Shown here piece by piece: positions 1 to 10,700 of a stretch of 45,553 bases of DNA. Source of the stretch: Clostridiaceae bacterium. Its GTDB lineage: Bacteria > Bacillota > Clostridia > DSM-8532. A program made the translations under genes and the position numbers. Below the pieces are notes generated by a model, which saw only the letters and a program-made list of their open reading frames with translations, was not told the origin of the DNA and ran no database searches. Position 1 is the stretch's first letter. The number at the start of each line of letters is the position of its first letter. The stretch is from NCBI GenBank assembly GCA_012730095.1, contig JAAYBO010000194.1:1-45553 (forward strand). The letters are read 5' to 3'.

Positions 1-1365
1 CAATTTAATCATACGGTTATGAATTATTACACTATAAACCGCATGAAGCTGCTTGTTGAGAATAATTATTACGCTGTGGATTCCTTCCTTAAAACTTTAG
101 AGCCGGAGCAAAAAATTCAATATCAAACAACAAAGGAAGAAATCCAAAATATGATCGAGCCGTTGTATGAAGAGTTTGATTCCCTGGAAATCTATTTTAA
201 CATCAAGGCCATTGACAACTCCACAGCCATGTATTTCGACTTTTTTGAACAAGCCATATTGGAAAGAGAGCAGGGAATCGAAAACTATTATATAAACTTT
301 TACGAAGGACGTGATATTCAGAAGTATACTGTTGGATATATTCAATCGCTTTTGAATTTAAGCTTAAGCGAGGGAATGAAATTATACAATCAGGTGGTCA
401 GAGAAGCGGAAGTCATGCGTCAACTCTCTATTATAACAATCGCGGCAATGTTTATATTTGCGATGCTGATCGGACTCTTGCTTACGAATAAGCTGGTCAA
501 TCCGATTAAGAAACTGGCACAGGTCTCTATGAGCATGGCACAGGGTAATCTGGATGTTGAGTCGGTATCTATTAGTTCGAAGGATGAGATTGGAGTTCTG
601 GCAAATTCCTTCAGCATCATGAGCGCTAATATAAGGAAGTATGTTCAGGACTTGAAGCAGAAAGTAGAGATTGAGAAGAAGCTGCGTTTAGAGGAACTGA
701 AAATTATCCGTATGGAGCAATTGGTAAAGGAAGCGCGTTTTGAAGCATTGCAATCCCAAATCAATCCTCACTTTCTATTTAATACGCTAAATACTATTTC
801 AAGGACGGCAATGTTTGAAAACGCAAATAAGACGGTTAAACTTACACGGACGCTGTCAAACCTTTTCAGGTACCGTTTGCGGCAAAAAATCTCCATTGTT
901 CCCATGTCTCAGGAACTGTACATAATCGGTGAGTATGTCTATCTGCAAAAGGTACGGTTTGGCGAGCGTCTTAATTATATTGAAGATGTAAGCGATGAAT
1001 GCAAAGATGTTCCGGTACCGGTTTTTCTATTTCAGCCTCTTATTGAAAATGCTATTATCCATGGCATCGAACCAAAAATGAGAGGCGGAAAAATCAGAAT
1101 CAAAGCCATTGCAAAAAATGACGATTCAGGACAGACACATATCATTGTGCGAATTACAGACACAGGGGTTGGAATCCCGAAAGAACAATTAAATAAAATC
1201 AGAAGATTTGATATTACCGCGGGAAACGGTATAGGCATTGCAAATGTTTATCAGCGGCTGCGAATAGCCAGCAAACAAAGCGGGCAGTTAATTATCCGAA
1301 GCCGGCCTAATGAAGGGACATGCGTAGAAATAAGGTTCGCAAAGGAGGCGTTTATGGATGCATAA
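1..1365 (+). CDS. Sensor histidine kinase, YesM/LytS-like (TM-HAMP-His_kinase-HATPase); probably 5'-partial at the window edge
   Basis: ORF 19..1365, but the frame stays open back to nt 1. Only about 135 aa precede the TM helix SIITIAAMFIFAMLIGLLL, so the extracytoplasmic sensor domain is probably cut off. H-box QINPHFLFNTLN is typical of YesM/LytS kinases. ATPase boxes PLIENAIIHG, DTGVGI and GNGIGIANV are present. Confidence 0.85.
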   Translation, partial: QFNHTVMNYYTINRMKLLVENNYYAVDSFLKTLEPEQKIQYQTTKEEIQNMIEPLYEEFDSLEIYFNIKAIDNSTAMYFDFFEQAILEREQGIENYYINFYEGRDIQKYTVGYIQSLLNLSLSEGMKLYNQVVREAEVMRQLSIITIAAMFIFAMLIGLLLTNKLVNPIKKLAQVSMSMAQGNLDVESVSISSKDEIGVLANSFSIMSANIRKYVQDLKQKVEIEKKLRLEELKIIRMEQLVKEARFEALQSQINPHFLFNTLNTISRTAMFENANKTVKLTRTLSNLFRYRLRQKISIVPMSQELYIIGEYVYLQKVRFGERLNYIEDVSDECKDVPVPVFLFQPLIENAIIHGIEPKMRGGKIRIKAIAKNDDSGQTHIIVRITDTGVGIPKEQLNKIRRFDITAGNGIGIANVYQRLRIASKQSGQLIIRSRPNEGTCVEIRFAKEAFMDA

Positions 1366-2359
1366 TTTTAAACCGGTTTACAAGTTATGGATTTTTTGTG
1401 CCCTTTTGCTTATAATATCCGGCTGTAATCAAATGCATACAAATATGAAGGAAACATACGCCTATACCTTTCGGCTCGGGGAAGCACACCCTGACAGTCA
1501 CCCCACGGCGCAGGCGGATTTGGAGTTTGCCAGGCGCGTTGAGGAGGAAACCGATGGAAGGGTTAAAATTATAGTCTATCTGGATCAATCATTGGGAACA
1601 GAACCCGAGGTTATTGCGCAGGTTCGATTTGGCGCTATTGATTTTACGAGGGTTTCGGTAGCGAACCTGGTTGAAACGGTTCCGGAATTAAATGTGCTGC
1701 AGTTTCCTTACCTGTATGAAGACCGCGATCACATGTGGCGTGTCCTTGAAAGCGATATCGGTGATGAATTGCTTGAGAGAGTTGGTGATTACGGTTTTGT
1801 TGGCCTGACATGGTTTGACGCGGGCTCCAGAAACTTCTATACGAGGGACAATCCTATAACAAAGCTTGAAGACCTGAACGGCTTGACGATACGTCTAATG
1901 GAGAATAAATTGATGATGGAAATGTCAAAAGCCATGGGGTTTACAGGAGTATTAAAGCCATACAGTGAGGTATATCCGATGATCCAGCAGGGTGAAGCTG
2001 ATGGGGCGGAAAACAATTTTTCAAGCTATCTGACACAATCCCATCACCAGGTAGCTCCGTATTTTACGATGGATGAACATTTGAGAATTCCTGAAATACT
2101 CATAGGCAGCAAGATTGCATTATCCAATCTTTCCGAGGAGGATTGGAATATTATAAAAAGAGCAGCTAAAGAAACAACGGTCTACCAGAAGAAATTGTGG
2201 TCCGAGATGGAAGAAAAAGCAAAGGAACAACTGATTAAAGAAGGTGTGCAAATTATTGAGCTAAAGGAGCGATCCGCTTTTGTTCAAGCTGTTCAACCGG
2301 TTTATGATAAATATGAGGAACAATACGGTGAATTGATCAGGAGGATTAAAGCAAAGTGA
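1358..2359 (+). CDS. DctP-family (TRAP-type) solute-binding lipoprotein located between kinase and regulator; candidate co-sensor
   Basis: The start ATG overlaps the kinase stop (ATGGATGCATAA, 8-nt overlap), with AAGGAGG 9 nt upstream. Signal peptide with lipobox LLIISGC. Length and sequence character are those of DctP-type binding proteins, and it is a clear paralog of the ORF at 4104. Confidence 0.8.
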   Translation: MHNFKPVYKLWIFCALLLIISGCNQMHTNMKETYAYTFRLGEAHPDSHPTAQADLEFARRVEEETDGRVKIIVYLDQSLGTEPEVIAQVRFGAIDFTRVSVANLVETVPELNVLQFPYLYEDRDHMWRVLESDIGDELLERVGDYGFVGLTWFDAGSRNFYTRDNPITKLEDLNGLTIRLMENKLMMEMSKAMGFTGVLKPYSEVYPMIQQGEADGAENNFSSYLTQSHHQVAPYFTMDEHLRIPEILIGSKIALSNLSEEDWNIIKRAAKETTVYQKKLWSEMEEKAKEQLIKEGVQIIELKERSAFVQAVQPVYDKYEEQYGELIRRIKAK

Positions 2360-2413
2360 AAGGGGACGTTATCCTCGTTTAATTCATTTGGCTTTAAAAG
2401 AGAGGTGTAATGG

Positions 2414-3997
2414 TTGTATAAATTACTAGTTGTTGATGATGAAGCTATTGAAAGGGAAGCTTTAAAATTCATTGTTAAAAACAGCAACCTTGAAATCTCG
2501 GAAGTGATGGAAGCAGCAAATGGACTGGAAGCACTTGCGATCGCGGAAAAATTTGATCCTGATATCGTGACATTGGATATTCTGATGCCGGGCATGAACG
2601 GAATTGAAGCAGGGCAAATTCTCAGGGAGAGAAAACCTGAGGTAAAAATTATATTTGTAACGGCTTATGACAGCTTTGAATATGCCCATGAAGCAATAAA
2701 GATAGGGGTGGAGGAATTTATTGTTAAGCCGGGTTCAGATGAACAAACCTTGGAAATTCTGCAATCCTGTATCAAACAGTTGGAAGAAGAACGAATAAAG
2801 AAACTCCGGAATGAATCTCTTGAGGTGAAAATCAATCAAATATCCGGTTATCTTGAAAGTGAGTTTGTCAATTCAGTAGTAAACGGTGAAATTGATGAAC
2901 ATCAGGCAGCGGATTACCTGAAGTTTATGTTAAATCAGTTCTCGGAGGGATTTGGCGTTGTTGTTGAAGTTGATTTTTCAGAAAACAATTCCTCTAACCA
3001 GGTCTACAGAAATATGATCAAGAAAAGGGTTGCACAGCAGCTGTCCGAAACACTTGGTAAAAATACGAAATTTATGATGCATCAGGCGAAAAACACTATC
3101 TATATGCTAATCTTTGGGTATTCACCTGATATGAGAAACCACTGTATAATGCTTATAGATGATGAACTTAAGATGATGGGTGAAGACCTTAACGAGCAAC
3201 TTTCAATAAAGCTGTATTACGGTTTTGGCACCGAATATAAGCAGATATCCCAGTTGTGGAAATCTTTTGCGCAAGCGAAAGCAGCCGCAAGGAATATGCA
3301 TTTATCTGTTATAGAAAATTCCGGCAGCGGACAACCACCTGAATACAGTCTGGAAATAACGGAAAATGAATTGTGGCTTAGCATAATAAATGGAATGGAA
3401 GAGGCTGTTATTCAAAAAGCCGATCATATTCTGGATAATATCATTTTTGCTTCAAACGATATGAATGAGGCAAAGCTGAAACTATACGAGTTTTTCATAT
3501 TAATGAGCCGGTATCTGAACAAGGAGAGTCAGCTAAAGCGAGCGGTCCCGGAAGATGTTTTTAATGATTTGAGAAGTATTGAATCCAGAGGCGAAGCCCG
3601 CAAATACATTCATGGATACCTTTTAGAAGTTTTGGAAGCATTGAAGGAGCAGAGAAGTAACAAGACCCCTGTAATTTTGGATAAAGCCATACAGTTTATA
3701 AATCAAAACTACCGTGAAAACATTACGTTGGAAAACGTCGCTTATGAGGCCGGGTTCAGCACCTATTATTTCGGTAAGCTATTTAAAAAGACTTTCGGTG
3801 TCACCTTCACGGATTACCTTACCAGTCTTCGGATTTCTCGTGCGAAGGAACTTTTAAAGGATCCGTATCTTACGGTTAAGGGCATTACATATCAGGTCGG
3901 GTTTATGGATCCAAACTATTTTACCCGGGTATTTAAAAAATCTGAGGGGCTTACGCCGACAGAATACAGAATAGAATTTTGGCGTGGATCAAAATGA
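2414..3997 (+). CDS. Response regulator with C-terminal AraC-type HTH (YesN-like)
   Basis: TTG start after AGAGAGGTG. The receiver domain has LLVVDDE, DILMPGMNG and a conserved K in VKPG. The C-terminal double HTH (ENVAYEAGFSTYYFGKLFKK ... GFMDPNYFTRVFKK) is typical of AraC/XylS. Confidence 0.9.
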   Translation: MYKLLVVDDEAIEREALKFIVKNSNLEISEVMEAANGLEALAIAEKFDPDIVTLDILMPGMNGIEAGQILRERKPEVKIIFVTAYDSFEYAHEAIKIGVEEFIVKPGSDEQTLEILQSCIKQLEEERIKKLRNESLEVKINQISGYLESEFVNSVVNGEIDEHQAADYLKFMLNQFSEGFGVVVEVDFSENNSSNQVYRNMIKKRVAQQLSETLGKNTKFMMHQAKNTIYMLIFGYSPDMRNHCIMLIDDELKMMGEDLNEQLSIKLYYGFGTEYKQISQLWKSFAQAKAAARNMHLSVIENSGSGQPPEYSLEITENELWLSIINGMEEAVIQKADHILDNIIFASNDMNEAKLKLYEFFILMSRYLNKESQLKRAVPEDVFNDLRSIESRGEARKYIHGYLLEVLEALKEQRSNKTPVILDKAIQFINQNYRENITLENVAYEAGFSTYYFGKLFKKTFGVTFTDYLTSLRISRAKELLKDPYLTVKGITYQVGFMDPNYFTRVFKKSEGLTPTEYRIEFWRGSK

Positions 3998-4050
3998 CTA
4001 AATTGTCCTATTGTACAACTTTATTATGCTACTACCTGTTTGGTCGGAAA

Positions 4051-4059
4051 TGGTATAAT
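4051..4059 (+). promoter_or_regulatory. Candidate extended -10 promoter (TGgTATAAT) for the TRAP operon
   Basis: TGGTATAAT lies 45 nt upstream of the dctP ATG in the gap after the regulator gene. There is no good -35, which would fit an activator-dependent promoter. Confidence 0.3.
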
Positions 4060-4103
4060 TACGAATGAAGTTTCAGTTCGTAATTATTATAAGGAGGGAA
4101 ACC

Positions 4104-5168
4104 ATGAAAAAGACGCTATTTACTATTCTGATCTGTCTTGTGATGATTTTCTCAATTACAGCATGCTCATTGCAATCACCGACACAACCCACAACACCTG
4201 CTAAAACAGACACACCCAAAACGACTCAACCCGATACTAAGTCTTCGCAGCCAGAAGTCACTCTTGTTTATGCGGAGGTTAATCCGTTAGATTCCATCGT
4301 TGGTAAGATGGCAGTAAAATTTAAAGAGAAAATCGAAGAGCTTTCCGGCGGGAAAATGACTCTTGACATTCAGCACAGCGGTGTTTTAGGCGCTGAGAAC
4401 GATGTACTTGACACAATGCTCGGCGGCGGTGGTACCGTCGATATGTCCCGTATTTCCGCGTTTTCACTGACAAGTTATGGCGGTGAAAAATCGAAGCTGC
4501 TTGCTCTGCCTTTTACATTTGTAAGCCGTGAGCACTTCTGGAATTTCGCGAACTCGGATCTTGCACCTGAATTTCTGCTTGAGCCCCATGAAAACGGAAG
4601 CGGAGTCAGAGGTTTGTTTTATGGCGAAGAAGGATTCCGTCACTTCTTCTCATCAAAGGATATTAACGGGATGGAAGACCTTAAGGGTATGAAAATCCGC
4701 GTATCCGTCGATCCTGTCATGACAGGAATGGTAGAAGCGCTTGGTGCTTCTCCGACCGTCGTGTCCTTCAGCGAACTATACTCCGCACTTCAGACCGGTG
4801 TTGTAGACGCGGCTGAACAGCCCATCGCAAACTATAAAGCAAACTCATTCCAGGAAGTAGCCCCAACAATGATCCTAAACGGACATACTCTTGGCGCGAT
4901 TCAGGTAATCATTACAGACGAAGCCTGGGATAAGCTGACAAAAGAGCAGCAGGATATTCTTATGGAAGCAGGGAAATACGCGTCGGAATATAACAGGCAG
5001 ATTTCCGAACAAGCAGAGAATGAAGTTCTTGAAGAGCTGAAAGCAGAAGGAATAAAGTTTGTTGAAGTGCCGGATAAAAAGCCCTGGCAGGATGCATGTA
5101 AAGACATTATTGAAGCCGAATCGGCTAAATATGCCGACCTTTATAAGAAAATTGTTGACATGCAGTGA
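4104..5168 (+). CDS. dctP: TRAP transporter substrate-binding lipoprotein, DctP family
   Basis: The track ORF starts at 4065, but the ATG at 4104 follows AAGGAGGG with 5-nt spacing. Signal peptide with lipobox FSITAC, then a Thr/Pro-rich linker. DctP-like body, followed by dctQ and dctM. Confidence 0.85.
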   Translation: MKKTLFTILICLVMIFSITACSLQSPTQPTTPAKTDTPKTTQPDTKSSQPEVTLVYAEVNPLDSIVGKMAVKFKEKIEELSGGKMTLDIQHSGVLGAENDVLDTMLGGGGTVDMSRISAFSLTSYGGEKSKLLALPFTFVSREHFWNFANSDLAPEFLLEPHENGSGVRGLFYGEEGFRHFFSSKDINGMEDLKGMKIRVSVDPVMTGMVEALGASPTVVSFSELYSALQTGVVDAAEQPIANYKANSFQEVAPTMILNGHTLGAIQVIITDEAWDKLTKEQQDILMEAGKYASEYNRQISEQAENEVLEELKAEGIKFVEVPDKKPWQDACKDIIEAESAKYADLYKKIVDMQ

Positions 5169-5248
5169 TAGAGCATCGGTACGGTTGGGATTTGCGGCCA
5201 ATATACTTATTTTATGATCCCAGGCGTTAAATTGATGAAGAGCATTGA

Positions 5249-5287
5249 CAAGGAAGATCCCCTGCCTTTTGACAGGGGACTTCCTTG
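5249..5287 (+). terminator. Intercistronic stem-loop between dctP and dctQ (partial terminator or mRNA stabiliser)
   Basis: CAAGGAAGATCCCCTG-ccttttga-CAGGGGACTTCCTTG forms a stem of about 15 bp with one bulge. No T-run follows immediately. Confidence 0.45.
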
Positions 5288-5353
5288 AATTAAAAAAACA
5301 ATTTTTTGTATTTCATCCTTATATTACCTGAGTTTATTTGTCAGGAGGGTTTT

Positions 5354-5881
5354 ATGTTAAAAATTTTTAGTGCTATTGATAAGCTTAAGCCCGCATATGA
5401 TATGATTTATAAGATTGTTCTTTTTATATGCAAGATATTATTAATTGCGGACATTGCCATTACAACTATGTCGGTTGCCGGGAGATATATTCCTTTCATT
5501 CCCGATCCTGCCTGGAGCGAGGAGATCGTATTGACGCTAATGGCCTATATGGCGGTACTTTCCGCGGCGCTTGCAATTCGGCGTAATGCCCATATCCGCA
5601 TGACCGCGTTTGATCGTTTTCTTCCGAAAAAATTAGTTGTTTTTTTGGATATTCTTGCTGATTTCGCCGTTTTCATTCTTGGGATTGTTATGATTACCGT
5701 GGGATGGAAATATGCGATGGTGTTAGGTTCGAAGGCCAGTTATGTCAGTATTCCAAGCTTATCCAAACGGTGGATGTACTTTCCGGTACCGTTAGCCGGG
5801 ATAGCGATGGTTATATTTGAATTGGAGTCTATCTATAATCACATTAAAAGTTTTTATAGAATGAAAGGTGGTACGGTATGA
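5354..5881 (+). CDS. dctQ: TRAP transporter small permease, DctQ family
   Basis: ATG at 5354 follows CAGGAGGG. About 175 aa with four hydrophobic helices. The stop overlaps the dctM start (ATGA at 5878). Confidence 0.85.
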   Translation: MLKIFSAIDKLKPAYDMIYKIVLFICKILLIADIAITTMSVAGRYIPFIPDPAWSEEIVLTLMAYMAVLSAALAIRRNAHIRMTAFDRFLPKKLVVFLDILADFAVFILGIVMITVGWKYAMVLGSKASYVSIPSLSKRWMYFPVPLAGIAMVIFELESIYNHIKSFYRMKGGTV

Positions 5882-7173
5882 GTCAAGAAGGAATTGCAAT
5901 ACTTATTTTAGTAGGAACCTTTCTGCTTATGGTAATACTCCGGTTCCAGATTTCATATGCCGTCGCGCTTGCGTCGTTTTTTACGCTCCTGTACCTTAGA
6001 CTGCCACTGACGACCATTTGTCAGCAAATGGTTAAAGGAATCAGTTCCTTCAGCCTCATGGCTGTGCCGTTTTTTATCACGATGGGGGTGCTGATGGGTT
6101 CAGGAGGTATTTCGGAAAAGCTCATTGACCTGGCAAACGCGTTGGTTGGCTGGATGCGCGGCGGACTTGCGATGGTTAACGTCGTCGATTCATTTTTCTT
6201 CGGCGGAATATCGGGATCCGCGGCGGCAGACACCGCGTCCCTCGGAAGCATTCTCATTCCGATAATGGTGAAGCAGGGTTATGATCCGGAATTTTCAACA
6301 GCCCTTACCATTGCCTCATCGGTAGAAGGGTTATTGGTTCCTCCGAGCCACAACATGGTAATATATTCAATGGCAGCCGGCGGAATATCGGTAGGAAGCC
6401 TTTTTCTGGCGGGGTACCTTCCGGGAGCGCTGCTTGCTGTATCATTGATGATTTCTGTGTATATAATCACATTGAGAAGAAAATACCCAAAAGGGGATAA
6501 ATTTAGTCTAATAAATTTGTTTAAACAGATCTTCAAATCGTTTTGGGCAATGGCTGCCGTTCTGATCGTTGTCGTAGGAGTTGTCGCCGGGGTTTTTACA
6601 GCTACCGAATCAGCTGCTATAGCGGTAATCTACAGTTTGATTGTAAGCTTATTTATTTACAGAGGCATTACATGGAAAGGCGTATGGAAGGCGCTTGAAG
6701 AATGTGTCGATACATTATCAATCGTACTCATTCTGATCGCAACTTCCAGTATTTTCGGATATTTACTCACACACCTCCATGTGCCTCAACACGCAGCTAA
6801 CGCATTGATTGGTATTTCGGACAACCCGATAGTTCTTGCGCTTCTGATAAACCTTATTTTACTGGTTCTCGGCTGTATTATGGACATGGCACCAATTATT
6901 CTGATTACAACGCCAATCCTGCTCCCGATTGCGTCTTCCATCGGCATCAGTCCTATTCAGTTCGGTATTATAGTTGTTCTTAACTGCGGCATCGGCTTAC
7001 TAACACCGCCTGTCGGAGCCGTACTTTTTATCGGATCGGCTGTCGGTAACGTTCCGATTGAACGCCTTGCGAAGGCGACCTTGCCGTTCTACCTTGCGAT
7101 GGTTGGTACACTTTTACTTGTAACGTTCATACCCGAAATCAGCATGTGGCTGCCATCTTTACTGATGAAATGA
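5878..7173 (+). CDS. dctM: TRAP transporter large permease, DctM family
   Basis: 431-aa polytopic membrane protein translationally coupled to dctQ. Size and composition are typical of DctM. Confidence 0.9.
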   Translation: MSQEGIAILILVGTFLLMVILRFQISYAVALASFFTLLYLRLPLTTICQQMVKGISSFSLMAVPFFITMGVLMGSGGISEKLIDLANALVGWMRGGLAMVNVVDSFFFGGISGSAAADTASLGSILIPIMVKQGYDPEFSTALTIASSVEGLLVPPSHNMVIYSMAAGGISVGSLFLAGYLPGALLAVSLMISVYIITLRRKYPKGDKFSLINLFKQIFKSFWAMAAVLIVVVGVVAGVFTATESAAIAVIYSLIVSLFIYRGITWKGVWKALEECVDTLSIVLILIATSSIFGYLLTHLHVPQHAANALIGISDNPIVLALLINLILLVLGCIMDMAPIILITTPILLPIASSIGISPIQFGIIVVLNCGIGLLTPPVGAVLFIGSAVGNVPIERLAKATLPFYLAMVGTLLLVTFIPEISMWLPSLLMK

Positions 7174-7181
7174 GGAAGTAT

Positions 7182-7655
7182 ATGAAATATCAGTTTACAA
7201 TTAATACAACCGCATCTGATCTCTGGCAGCTTTCGATGTATGGAATTTATGGCTCGATAGTTGGAGCCACTAACACGGCATTTACGGCTGCGATGATTTT
7301 GCTTACCGTCCGCTTTTTTTCAAATGTCCATATTATTCTTAAGTGCCTGCTTATATTAGCATGTTGTTTGTTTCCGATCATACAACCATTGCTTGTATAT
7401 ATACGGGCAAGAAAACAGGTTAAAAATGTTCCGAAAGATGTTAATTTGGGCTTCGACGATCAAGGGATACATGTTAACATCGGCGATCAGAAATCCGACA
7501 TTGACTGGAACAATGTGACAGGAATAACAAAAAAGCCGACATTGATGGTGATATATACGTCGGCACGGCATGGGTATGTTTTAACGAACAAAGTACTCGG
7601 AGATCAAAAGAAAGCTTTTTATAACTATATTTGCTCTAAATTAGAAAAGAAGTAG
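7182..7655 (+). CDS. YcxB-like membrane protein (two N-terminal TM helices plus a small C-terminal domain)
   Basis: ATG at 7182 follows GAGGAAG. Two TM helices are followed by a ~70-aa soluble domain (GIHVNIGDQKSDIDWNNV...VIYTSARHGYVL), a layout reminiscent of YcxB-type proteins. The family assignment is from memory only. Confidence 0.5.
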   Translation: MKYQFTINTTASDLWQLSMYGIYGSIVGATNTAFTAAMILLTVRFFSNVHIILKCLLILACCLFPIIQPLLVYIRARKQVKNVPKDVNLGFDDQGIHVNIGDQKSDIDWNNVTGITKKPTLMVIYTSARHGYVLTNKVLGDQKKAFYNYICSKLEKK

Positions 7656-7676
7656 TTTTGAATCAGTGAACATGTG

Positions 7677-7715
7677 ACAGGAAGCCTTTTGGAAAAATGG
7701 CTTCCTGTTATTTTA
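7677..7715 (+). terminator. Rho-independent terminator of the TRAP/ycxB-like unit
   Basis: ACAGGAAGCC-12 nt-GGCTTCCTGT followed by TATTTTA. Confidence 0.6.
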
Positions 7716-7766
7716 GTTATAATATCGAAGAAAAACAGTAACAGCTTGTTAAGTACAATTGTATTG

Positions 7767-10700
7767 TCACAGAAAGCATATCTGGTTGCTTTGATGCATA
7801 CCGTCAAGGCAGCCGTGGTTATCAAGTATTTCTATTACCGATTTGCTCACACCTGCCCTGATTTTTAAATCATCAACCGAAAGGAAAGGACCATTATCCC
7901 TTGCATCGGCAATACGGCGTGCTGCAGCTTCACCAAGACCCTGAAGCGTGTTCAGCGGCGGAAGGATTCCTTTATCCGTGATAATAAAACGTGAGGCATC
8001 CGATTTATACAAATCCACAGGTAGGCAATTGATACCGCGAGCATACATTTCATTTGCTACTTCCAAAATCGTAAGAATGTTTTTCTCCCTTTGCGTTGCT
8101 TCATTTCCCTTTCTTTCCAGTTCATCTATTGACCTTAATACCGCATCACGCCCTTTTGAAACAATATCCGCATCAAATTCATCGGCCCTGACAGTAAAAT
8201 ACGCGGAATAAAACGCATGCGGATAATACACCTTAAACCATGCTATACGAAAAGCCATCATTACATAAGCAGCAGCATGCGCTTTTGGAAACATATATTT
8301 AATCTTTTTGCAGGAATCTATATACCAATCAGGTATACCCGCTTTTTTCATAATTTCTTCGTACTCCTCAGTCAGCCCTTTTCCCTTCCTGACATCCTCC
8401 ATTATTTTAAACGCACTGAGCGGTTCAATTCCATTATTTATTAGTGATATCATAATATCATCACGAGTAGTAATAACACCCGACAGGGTTGCTATATTAT
8501 TTCTTACCAGTTCCTGGGCATTATTTGTCCATACGTCTGTTCCGTGCGATAACCCTGAAATTCTTACCAATTCCGAAAAAGTTGATGGCCTGGTTTCCAC
8601 AAGCATTTGACGTACAAATCTTGTGCCGAATTCAGGTATTCCAAAAGTCCCCACTTCACTTCCTATTTCTTCTGCCGTAACTCCCAATGGTTCTGTGCTT
8701 CTGAAAATCTCCATCGTATTTTTTTCTCCTATTGGTATCGTTTTCGGATTCACGTTAGTGATATCCTGAAGCATCCTAATCATAGTAGGATCGTCATGTC
8801 CCAGAATATCAAGCTTAAGGATTCGCCCACTAATCGCGTTATAGTCGAAATGGGTCGTGATTATATTTGAATTCACATCATCTGCAGGCCTTTGGACTGG
8901 TGAAAAATCATATATCTCCATATCATGGGGTACAATCATAACGCCTCCGGGATGCTGCCCGGTGGTACGCTTAATACCGGTACATCCTGTCACCAGACGG
9001 TTTATCTCCGCATTAGTAGCCATTATTCCCTTCTCGTCAAGGTAACCTTTCACAAAACCAAATGCCGTTTTTTCAGCTATCGTTGCTATCGTTCCGGCTC
9101 TGAACACATGCTGTTTTCCAAACAACTCTTCCGTATATTTATGAGCTTTTGATTGATACTCCCCTGAAAAATTCAGATCTATATCCGGTTCCTTATCACC
9201 GTCAAAGCCAAGGAAAGTTTCAAAAGGAATGTCATAGCCGTCTTTTGTAAGAAGCTGCCCGCATTTCGGGCATTTTTTATCCGGGAGATCAAAACCGCAT
9301 CCCGTATCAAGAAACTCGGAATAAAGGCAATTCTCACACCTGTAATGTGCCGGAAGCGAATTAACCTCGGTAATTCCTGTTAAATACGCGACAAACGAAG
9401 AGCCAACCGAACCGCGTGAGCCCACGAGATACCCGTCCTTGATTGATTTTGATACAAGCTTGCGCGCTATTATATACATAACCGAAAAGCCGTTCTTGAT
9501 AATAGAATTAAGTTCTTTGTCAAGTCTTTTTCGAACCAGTTCAGGAAGCGGGTTTCCATACAACGATGCCGCTTTCTCTTCCGAAACATTTTTTATATCC
9601 TCTTCGGCTCCGTCAATACAAGGAGGAAAAGTCCCCTCCGGTATAGGGGTGATATCGTCTATCCTGTCCGATATCATCTGCGTATTTTTTACCACGACCT
9701 CAAATGCGGTTTCTTCACCTAAATATGAGAACTCACTGAGCATTTCTTCGGTTGTCCTGAAAAAGAGCGGCGCCTGATTATCTGCGTCATCATAGCCCTG
9801 ACCGGCTTGAAGTATACGCCTGAATATTTCATCCTCAGGATCAAGAAAATGAACATCGCAGGTTGCTACAACAGGCTTGTTTATGACTCTGCCAATTTCA
9901 ACAATTTTACGGTTGTATTCTCTTAATTCTTCATACCCGGAAACCTCTCCTGAATCAACCATAAAACCGTTATTCTTGAGCGGCTGTATTTCAAGATAAT
10001 CATATAAATCGGCTGTCCTGATTATCTCTTCTTCACTTTTGCCTGCCGCAACAGCCCTGAAAACTTCACCGGATTCACACGCACTTCCTAAAATAAGACC
10101 TTCTCTGTACTTTGCAAGTACAGATTTCGGCACTCTTGGCCTCTTGTAAAAATAGTTCAGATGGCTTTCCGATATTAATCGGTATAGATTCTTAAGCCCC
10201 GTCTTGTTTTCCACAAGCAGTATCGCATGAAAGGTATCCGTATTTTTATAATCGATTTGACCGTTTTTTTCCTTTTTTTCTTCTCCAAGTAAATATATTT
10301 CAACTCCATAAATCAATTTAATTCCATGCTTTTTCGCCGCCGAGTGTGCATCCGGGAAAGCCTGAACTACACCGTGGTCGGTAATTGCGATAGCTTTATG
10401 CCCCCATTTTGCAGCCCTTTCGACAATAGCTTCAACCGGTGTTATTGCATCCATCTGGCTCATTTTTGTATGGAGATGAAGTTCTACCCTCTTTTGCCCG
10501 GCGTTGTCACTTCTTTCGGCAATACTTGTTCCCATAATGGCTTTCGCTCTAATAGTAAGCTCTTTACTAAATGTATCATACTGAGCATCTCCGTTAACCA
10601 ACAGCCAGTCTCCCGGGTGTATTCTTTCATTTAATGACACAAGCTGCCTTTCGGTTAAAAAACACTTAATTGTCAATGTATGTGTATAGTCTGTTATATC

